Below are positions 1 through 6,769 of a DNA stretch of 51,537 nt, piece after piece. The stretch's first letter is position 1, and each line of letters begins with the position of its first letter. The translations under genes were made by a program, and so were the position numbers. Below the pieces are notes generated by a model, which saw nothing but the letters and a program-made list of their open reading frames with translations, was not told the origin of the DNA and made no database searches. Source of the DNA: an uncultured Methanosarcinales archaeon (GTDB lineage Archaea; Halobacteriota; Methanosarcinia; Methanosarcinales; Methanocomedenaceae); NCBI GenBank assembly GCA_965370445.1, contig CBDUUM010000001.1, positions 1-51,537 of the forward strand, read 5' to 3'.

Positions 1-438
1 CCTATACAAAAGTTCAACAGTTGGCAGATAAGTTTATCTTTCAAAGTCAGGTATAAACCAACAAGAGCAAAATTAGATTTTGGGATATGGAATCCAAAAA
101 GAGAATTCTATACTGAAGGAAGTAGTTCACCAGTCCCAAAAGTGGAAATGGGTATAGAAGTTAAACGTCAACGAAACCTTAGAAGAGGAGAAAAAAAAGA
201 AGAACTTAAAGCAGAAATGATTAAAGGACTTATAGAAGATTGTAAAGAATTAAATGATGATGGGAACAAAATCATACTAAAATATTTAATAATAATGATG
301 TTTTATCCAGATATTTTTACTTTAGATTTAGGAAAAGACTTGAAAAATAATATTGGTGATATTAATATTGTTTATTGTGAAATAAATAAAGAAGGTAAAA
401 ACATAACTAAAAAACTCTTTTTTCCAAAAGCGTGGTAA
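1..438 (+). CDS. Hypothetical protein, C-terminal part (5' end outside window); AT-rich accessory gene with a possible D...ExK nuclease-like motif
   Basis: Frame 1 is open from base 1 to the TAA at 436-438, so the track start at 142 is only an internal GTG. The sequence LDFGIW...VEMGIEVKR resembles a PD-(D/E)xK core. Composition is AT-rich, like the other cassettes. Confidence 0.5.
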   Translation, partial: PIQKFNSWQISLSFKVRYKPTRAKLDFGIWNPKREFYTEGSSSPVPKVEMGIEVKRQRNLRRGEKKEELKAEMIKGLIEDCKELNDDGNKIILKYLIIMMFYPDIFTLDLGKDLKNNIGDINIVYCEINKEGKNITKKLFFPKAW

Positions 439-744
439 ATAGGTCGCGATTCCATATATATTTTAAAATTGAATAGTAATCCCGAACTCAAAATACTGGA
501 CTTTCCACAGAATACCTTATTTTACACTATTTCCAACAAGCGATGCGCTCACACCCCATGGCCTGAGACGGAGCCACTCCTGACATGGCACAGACTATAA
601 TGCCACAAGCGATTCAATGATTATCTTAAACCCCATCCCTCTGCCCCTGCAATGGTGGGGGAAGCTGCATGTCAATAACGACCCATATTTCTATAAGCAT
701 TATCAGGATTTCATTACCAAAAGAGAACAACCCACCCTCTCCTC

Positions 745-861
745 TCTAAAGTAGACCAGCTCATGGCCCTCTGCGATGAACTGGAGGCCGGGCTGGTGCA
801 GGCGCAGACCGATGGCGGGAAATTGATGGAGGCTGTAGTGCATCATGTGCTGGCGGGGTGA
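745..861 (+). pseudogene. Remnant of the 3' end of a type I restriction-modification specificity subunit (hsdS-like C-terminal conserved helix)
   Basis: Translation KVDQLMALCDELEAGLVQAQTDGGKLMEAVVHHVLAG* matches the typical conserved C-terminal coiled-coil of HsdS. Upstream in frame there are stops at about 676 and 694 and no start, so only a short tail survives. Confidence 0.45.
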
Positions 862-1245
862 TGTGGGAATATTCAAGTGCGCCAGGGTGAAGGCGAGAGG
901 GGGCGGCAGGAGGGCTGAAGAAGGGATGGGGGCTGGAATCATTTCAATATTAGCCACCGAGATCACAGAGACCACAGAGAAAAGCAATAATGTTCTGTGT
1001 CCTTTATAGTTTTATAACATAGATAATATATTTTAACTGCCGCCGGCAGCTAACCAACATAACATCCACTTCGCACCCCCGGACCGCCGGATACCCATGC
1101 ATCAACGAGGCACCACTAAAGCGCCTGCCAGCCCCCACACCACAAGAGCGGGCGGAGCAGAGCGGAACGGGCACCTGGGCGGAGTGGAGGGGAGAGGGGG
1201 CGGCGGGAGAGACGAAGAAGGGAGGGGGGCTGGATTCATTTCAAC
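862..1245. repeat. GC-rich composite repeat, copy 1 (partial unit + CACAGAG palindrome variant + ATAATATATTTTAAC-GCCGCCGGCAGCTAAC junction + full unit)
   Basis: By-eye alignment: 1023-1245 aligns with 3180-3375, and 862-1010 aligns with the 3' parts of 2923-3180 and 3520-3790. Shared strings include GCGCCTGCCAGCCCC, CACCACAAG and GGGGGCTGGA.TCATTT. Confidence 0.7.
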
Positions 1246-1375
1246 AACTACTAAAATTACAAAACAGCGATGTTAAAGTTAATTTTTTATTTCAGGTAAG
1301 CATTTGAAGCTTTACAATAAACTTAAATAAGCTAGATTATAAATGGATTTAAGTCATTAATAGGATTATATTATC

Positions 1376-2095
1376 ATGAACGCCCATTATTCGTCTAAAA
1401 ACCAATTTAAGTCTATTAACTATATTCTGGATGTTTTTTCATCCGATATTTTTGAGAGTGTTACATTAGTTATGCGACCGGTAATTGGCACCGTTGATTA
1501 TCTAAGATCAATGCATAGACTTTATCAGATTCAGAAGGAATTAGATCAAATTTTAAAAATGGACTTTGAAACAAGAGAAAAATTATTGGAAGCTTTAACA
1601 GATATTATTTCAATTAATATTTATGAAGACGATCTAGGAACTATCGAAAATAAACTGGAAGATCAAATAGCTATTTTCCAGGATTTTGATGAAAGTTTTA
1701 AGAAGTTAAAATCTTTTTCAACAAACTTAGAACCCCGACAGCAAACTGAACTTTTTAGAATAACTTTAAGAAAATTAAATGGAAGAATTTCATCCATTAG
1801 GGATGAGATAAAATTTAAAATATGGGATAAAACTGAAAATACCAATCAGTTATTAGTCTTAGATCAATACTTTTTCAACATTCAGGAATTGATAAAGGAA
1901 TCCTTAAAAAAGGTGGATGATGTTGATATCTGGACAATGATAAGTGTTTCATTGCTTAGAATCGAAGCTTTTCACAGAGGAAAGATTTCTTTTCAAGATC
2001 TTCAGGATGATGTAACTGATTTGAGCTTATTTAATGTAAATGAAGAATTAATCCCAAGAAATTATAATGCTGTTTTTGAAGTCTTAGAGGCTTAA
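1376..2095 (+). CDS. Hypothetical helical protein, upstream partner of the PIN-like gene
   Basis: 239-aa ORF, AT-rich. Its stop at 2093-2095 lies 1 nt before the ATG of the next ORF. No family recognised. Confidence 0.6.
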   Translation: MNAHYSSKNQFKSINYILDVFSSDIFESVTLVMRPVIGTVDYLRSMHRLYQIQKELDQILKMDFETREKLLEALTDIISINIYEDDLGTIENKLEDQIAIFQDFDESFKKLKSFSTNLEPRQQTELFRITLRKLNGRISSIRDEIKFKIWDKTENTNQLLVLDQYFFNIQELIKESLKKVDDVDIWTMISVSLLRIEAFHRGKISFQDLQDDVTDLSLFNVNEELIPRNYNAVFEVLEA

Positions 2096-2096
2096 A

Positions 2097-2789
2097 ATGA
2101 ATTTTTCTTTTGATACTAATATCATTTTAGGAATAATTAATACTAAAGATCGACTTCATGAAACATCTATAGCTTTGATGGATAATAAACGGAATGAACA
2201 ATTGTATTTATGTCATTCAGCAATCAAGGAATCCCATAACGTACTAAGAAATAAAATAAATGAAGTAATGGTTGATATTATCAGATTTCTACCTGATATT
2301 TACCAGAGCTCCAACATCAGTACATTGGATTCCCAGGCTTTTTTGATAGAGCAGTTCAAAAACTTAAGGGCTGCAAAACCAGGACTATCTAATTTTCTAA
2401 ATCTGGTATACCATGAAATCTCTATTTTTCTTAGGGACAATGAAATAGACGATCTACCTGATTTTTTATCAGAACTGTCATTAAATCTATCAAATTCGAT
2501 CATTCTTAAAATCAAAGAGACTCATCCTGACTTTGAAATATTATTCTTAAACCATGATCGGCTCAATATTGTGAAAAGATCACTTGCTGACATTCATTTT
2601 AAGGACACAAATGATGGACGGATATTTCAAGAGTTGATGACTAATCTTGAATACATAAAACCAATTGAATTCTTCCTTGACGATAGAAATTTTGCTAAGA
2701 AATGCAAGATGGGTTTTACGAATATCGCTAATGATATGGAATTTGATGATTCTGGTTTTTCCTGTAATTTAATTCAGAATAATATCTAA
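2097..2789 (+). CDS. PIN-like nuclease domain protein with a large helical insert
   Basis: N-terminal FDTNIIL (Asp6), IKESH (Glu45), FKDTNDGRIFQEL (Asp170/173) and FFLDDRNF (Asp195/196) reproduce the four acidic positions and the T.D.dF-like terminal motif of PIN domains. Confidence 0.55.
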   Translation: MNFSFDTNIILGIINTKDRLHETSIALMDNKRNEQLYLCHSAIKESHNVLRNKINEVMVDIIRFLPDIYQSSNISTLDSQAFLIEQFKNLRAAKPGLSNFLNLVYHEISIFLRDNEIDDLPDFLSELSLNLSNSIILKIKETHPDFEILFLNHDRLNIVKRSLADIHFKDTNDGRIFQELMTNLEYIKPIEFFLDDRNFAKKCKMGFTNIANDMEFDDSGFSCNLIQNNI

Positions 2790-2922
2790 ATGAAGCATTT
2801 TAGCAGATTAAATCTGACCTTTCATCATTCTATTTATTTTATCTCATTTAGGGCTCTTTCCATGACGTTATTCACCCCATACGCTGGCGATTTTATCTTT
2901 AATTGTTTTCAAATAGAACCCC

Positions 2923-3180
2923 CACCTGCAACCACCCACCCAAGCATCCATCCCCACTTCGCACCCAAATCCCACAGGAATAATCGAAAAGCGCCTGCCA
3001 GCCCCCCTCACCACAAGGGCAGATGTAGAGCAGACCGGGACGGGCACCCGGGCAGAGTAAAGGCGAGAGGGGGGACTGGAGTTCATTGGTATCTCACCGC
3101 AAAGGGCGCAAAGACCGCAAAGGATTCTACTGCACTGGCTTTGCGTCCTTTGCGATCTTTGCGGTGCAGTATTTCATAAA
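2923..3180. repeat. GC-rich repeat unit plus CGCAAAG/CTTTGCG palindrome (copy X)
   Basis: Near-identical by eye to 3520-3790. Ends in the palindrome 3095-3166: CACCGCAAAGGGCGCAAAGACCGCAAAGG...GGCTTTGCGTCCTTTGCGATCTTTGCGGTG. Confidence 0.75.
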
Positions 3181-3375
3181 TAATATATTTTAACAGCCGC
3201 CGGCAGCTAACAAACACAACAACCATTCCGCACCCCCGAACTGCCGGATGCCCATGCATCTACGAGGCACCAGTAAAGCACCTGCCAACCCCCATACCAC
3301 AAGGGCGGGCTGAGCAGATCGGGAGGGGCACCCTGTATAAGTGAACCGAAAGGGGCAGCAGAAATCATATTCATT
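3180..3375. repeat. Junction motif plus GC-rich unit (paralog of 1023-1245)
   Basis: ATAATATATTTTAACAGCCGCCGGCAGCTAACAAACA... aligns with 1023-1245 with scattered substitutions. Confidence 0.7.
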
Positions 3376-3519
3376 CTCGGCACCCTGTTTCACATTCCTG
3401 ACTCTCCGAACCCAGGCAACATGAATCAACAAGGTTGGCTGCCACCATGCCGCCCTGACGGGCTGCGGTGGCAGGGTCATTTGAATAGCAACACCCACAC
3501 CAGGCACATATCCACGCCC

Positions 3520-3790
3520 CACTTGCACCCACCCACCCAAGCATTCATCCCCATTTCGCACCCAAAGCCCTCAGGAATAATCGAAAAGCGCCTGCCAGCC
3601 CCCCTCACCACAGTGGCAGGCGGAGCATACCGAGAGGGGCACCCTGTAAAGTGAAGATAAAGGGGCGGAAGGAGAACTGAAGAAAGATGGGGGCTGGGTT
3701 TCATTATTTGGCTCACCGCGAAGGGCGCAAAGATCGCAAAGGATTTTGTTGATTTGGCTTTGCGTCCTTTGCGATGCAATATTTCATAAA
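3520..3790. repeat. GC-rich repeat unit plus CGCAAAG/CTTTGCG palindrome (copy Y)
   Basis: Direct repeat of 2923-3180; the palindrome is at 3714-3774. The track ORFs across it (3421-3654, 3477-3779) look like artefacts of the repeat. Confidence 0.75.
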
Positions 3791-3852
3791 GCCCAATGCA
3801 GAGTATTATGATGAAAAACAGACATTAAAATTAAATTATTGTTATGCTTTTC

Positions 3853-5139
3853 TTAATTGATACCTTTGAAGATTACAACACTTTCTCGAAGTTTTTGGGA
3901 GGTTGCCCCTCCATTATTCCATCGTTTTGCATTTTGATTCGAATTTCTTAAATGTCTAAAGACTATCACTTCCTCCAAATTCCAGCCTATCTTTGAACCA
4001 ATGTCTGCTAATATTAAGTCAACAGGTATCTCAACACCTGCATATGCAGACGTAGAAACAATTATCCATAATGACGCATCATCATGTGCTTTATGCTTCA
4101 ACTTTGTTAATAGATATTCCATATCTTCAAAATACGCCTGCACCATTAAAGGAATTTTTTTATTCCATAATAGCTCTTTTCTGTTTAATATTTCATTAAT
4201 ACAATTTTGATATAGAACACCAAAATCGGTCTGGACAGGTTTTTTCCAATTAATCTGGACGTGTGAACGAATTGTTTTTAACCTTAAATCATTTAACTCT
4301 TTATTGTTATTTACAAACTTTCCCAAAAACAATTCTGGCCTATATATGTCAGTATAATCAAAGGAATTGAGATAAGGGGGGGATGTAATACATAATTTAA
4401 ATTTACTATTTAAGTGAGTGTTAATTGTCTTTCTCACATCACCACTGACTAACTTTCCTTTATTATTTAATCGATAAGTTTCGACATCTTCATGTATTAC
4501 ATCAATGTTTTTCTGAAAATCATCATGAAACATGGTTTTATTGTATGAGATATTTTCCCAGTTTTTTTTGTACCTAAGACATTTTCCATCTTTTATAGCA
4601 TTTGAATTATTCATGACCGATGAGAGTAAGCTTAATCTAAATAATTTTTTTATTTCCCGTGGCAAGTTTTCAGTTGCTTGCCATCCACCCTCAAATGACC
4701 TAATAACATCAATATTGAACAGCCACTTACTTTTTTCATCACCTTCTGTAAATGTAGAGAACCCTTCAAGATTTGATTTAGCACCCTTATTTATTCCATT
4801 TAAAACTGTACTTACATGGCTCTTAAAATGATCGGGATTTACTTTAGATTGTTTAGCATTGGCAACAAATGCCAAAAATGGATTAACTTCAAATCCAATT
4901 GAGTTATAATTTAATGAACTTGCAACGAGTGGAACTGTTCCACTACCTGCAAAAGGATCAATTATTAGATCGTCTTTTCCTAAATTCGCAGAATTTATAG
5001 CTTCCTCAACTACGAGTGGTGAAAACCCTTCCTTAAAGTGGTACCATCGATGTCTTGGTAGAACTTTTGAATGATCAAAATTAGAATAATCCTTATTCGT
5101 AAATTTGTCATGTTTTTTAAATAATGTATCTAATTGCAT
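3853..5139 (-). CDS. DNA methyltransferase (N6-adenine or N4-cytosine; SPPY catalytic motif)
   Basis: The AdoMet motif I DPFAGSGT (aa 61-68, nt 4936-4959) is followed by FEVNPF. Catalytic motif IV TSPPYLNSFDY is at aa 252-262 (SPPY = nt 4372-4383). The start overlaps the upstream ORF by 10 nt. Confidence 0.85.
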   Translation of the reverse strand: MQLDTLFKKHDKFTNKDYSNFDHSKVLPRHRWYHFKEGFSPLVVEEAINSANLGKDDLIIDPFAGSGTVPLVASSLNYNSIGFEVNPFLAFVANAKQSKVNPDHFKSHVSTVLNGINKGAKSNLEGFSTFTEGDEKSKWLFNIDVIRSFEGGWQATENLPREIKKLFRLSLLSSVMNNSNAIKDGKCLRYKKNWENISYNKTMFHDDFQKNIDVIHEDVETYRLNNKGKLVSGDVRKTINTHLNSKFKLCITSPPYLNSFDYTDIYRPELFLGKFVNNNKELNDLRLKTIRSHVQINWKKPVQTDFGVLYQNCINEILNRKELLWNKKIPLMVQAYFEDMEYLLTKLKHKAHDDASLWIIVSTSAYAGVEIPVDLILADIGSKIGWNLEEVIVFRHLRNSNQNAKRWNNGGATSQKLRESVVIFKGIN

Positions 5140-6179
5140 ATTGGTTTAGCAAACATTCTAATCGGTTTTTCAAAGTTTTTAATGGTTCTAAAATATTGTT
5201 TCTCATCTGGAATGTCCAATTCTTTATCTTGATAGTACAATCCATCAGAACAATCAATTTCAGTTGTATTAGTTTTCGTCCTTCTACGACCATCAATGAC
5301 TACTAAATATCCTTTTGTAATACAAGTGGGTGTATCGCGAGCATCTAAATCAAGATATTCTTTTAATTGTACTATCCCTTCAGTGGCTCTTGAATTGGTA
5401 TATTCTGTAGCAAAATCTCCATTATCTTTTATTGATTTTCCTAACCATTTTAATTCAATTAATGCTGCTCTATTTGCTTCTTTCCAATATACTCTAACAT
5501 CAACAGGTTTGCTTGCTCCTAAGGTATATTCACGAACTGCATCCACCCCTCTCATACTACTGCTTAAATATTGTATCAAAGATTTTTGCATAGTTTCTTC
5601 AGGTCCATTTTTAAGAAAAATGTGATTACTATCACTCCAACACTCCCTAAAACAATCACATGATGAGTTCAATATTTTTTCGGTTTTGTATTTATCAAGA
5701 GCTTCTTTTAAAAAATGATATTGAAGAGAATATATACTTGAACAGATAAAATAATTAGTAATGTCAATTTTATTAGTATTGGCATAAAAATATTCTTTTT
5801 TGTTTTCATAACAATAAAACAATGCGTTTCTATTATCAAAAATATCAGTTACATCAATATTTTCCCAAAATAATAGTCTATCATCACTAGTAATTTGTAA
5901 TACAATGATCTCAGATGATTTATCTATTAAAAAATTCTTATCATATACTGTGGTAGCTTCTTCTTCATCTAAAATATTTACATTTTCAAGCGTCGTATAA
6001 ATAATTAATTTACCATCAAAATGACTTGGTTCTAAATACCTATAAATATCCTGAACTGCTTTAGTCAATTTGGTGGTTAAAGGAATAATAGCGCTATTAT
6101 TATCAAATGCTTTATAGATCTCTAGCGTATAATTTTCTTTTCTAATTTTATCAACAAGATTTTGGTCGGGCATATTCAC
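5130..6179 (-). CDS. Hypothetical protein with a C-terminal PD-(D/E)xK-like nuclease motif (candidate effector)
   Basis: The string PEETMQKS...KPVDVRVYWKEANRAALIELKWLGK...GIVQLKEY (D227, E242, K244; nt about 5448-5501) fits the E-D-ExK-Q pattern of restriction-endonuclease folds. The N-terminal ~190 aa are unassigned. There is a 4-nt start/stop overlap with the upstream ORF. Confidence 0.55.
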   Translation of the reverse strand: MNMPDQNLVDKIRKENYTLEIYKAFDNNSAIIPLTTKLTKAVQDIYRYLEPSHFDGKLIIYTTLENVNILDEEEATTVYDKNFLIDKSSEIIVLQITSDDRLLFWENIDVTDIFDNRNALFYCYENKKEYFYANTNKIDITNYFICSSIYSLQYHFLKEALDKYKTEKILNSSCDCFRECWSDSNHIFLKNGPEETMQKSLIQYLSSSMRGVDAVREYTLGASKPVDVRVYWKEANRAALIELKWLGKSIKDNGDFATEYTNSRATEGIVQLKEYLDLDARDTPTCITKGYLVVIDGRRRTKTNTTEIDCSDGLYYQDKELDIPDEKQYFRTIKNFEKPIRMFAKPICN

Positions 6180-6769
6180 TCCCCGGAACTTAATAATATT
6201 TCATTAATATAATTCACCCAAGTGATTGCAGGAATAATTAAATCATCACTTGGAGCACCAACAGCTTCGCTTATCTCTTGGAATTTTTTATATGTATCAG
6301 ATTGGTTAAGCCAATTATTCCCGTTTATTATCTTATTTTTGTTGATTTCAGGGTCATTTAATAATGCTCGAATTGTTTGAGAATAAGGAACTAAAATATT
6401 TGTTGTACAAGAAGCATTTAAATATTCTTCGCGTGCACTTAAAGTAGCCAATTTCTTAAATTTATTAAATTCATCCGTTCCTCGAGAAGTAATTAAATAA
6501 AAGTCTCCACGTTTATCGAAAAGTCCATTTTTTATATGACGTTGTATTGCGGAGTTTAAGTCACTAGAAAAGGGGTAGCCATCTGTATCTATAATAAATT
6601 TATATTTCCAATCAGATATAGCATTTCCCTTGTATAGATATAAAATAGATGAAAAATAAGAAAAAAGATGAACCTCTTCTAACCTGAAACCATCCAATAT
6701 ATCATCCAACTTATGAGCTAAAGATAAGCTATCATAAAAAGTTTCTGGCAGAACTTGTGTGCTATTCAT
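6176..6769 (-). CDS. Small hypothetical protein (candidate middle component, possible winged-helix region)
   Basis: 197-aa ORF with 4-nt overlaps on both sides. The segment GYPFSSDLNSAIQRHIKNGLFDKRGDFYLITSRG looks wHTH-like. Its position between the ATPase and the nuclease resembles the middle components of ABC-3C/Lamassu systems. Confidence 0.45.
   Translation of the reverse strand: MNSTQVLPETFYDSLSLAHKLDDILDGFRLEEVHLFSYFSSILYLYKGNAISDWKYKFIIDTDGYPFSSDLNSAIQRHIKNGLFDKRGDFYLITSRGTDEFNKFKKLATLSAREEYLNASCTTNILVPYSQTIRALLNDPEINKNKIINGNNWLNQSDTYKKFQEISEAVGAPSDDLIIPAITWVNYINEILLSSGE

Noticed and set aside
3095-3774. CRISPR array
   Set aside because: The repeats are not regularly spaced with unique spacers of uniform length, no cas genes are present, and the units are long composite elements. 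The 15-bp array at 51451-51537 has no spacers at all.
2790-3779. Track ORFs 2790-3179 (+), 2868-3086 (-), 3190-3561 (-), 3421-3654 (+), 3477-3779 (-), and likewise 703-987 (-)
   Set aside because: They lie entirely within the GC-rich repeats and overlap each other on both strands. They encode P/G/A/R-rich low-complexity strings with no start context. The open frames are a by-product of GC-rich, stop-poor repeat sequence.
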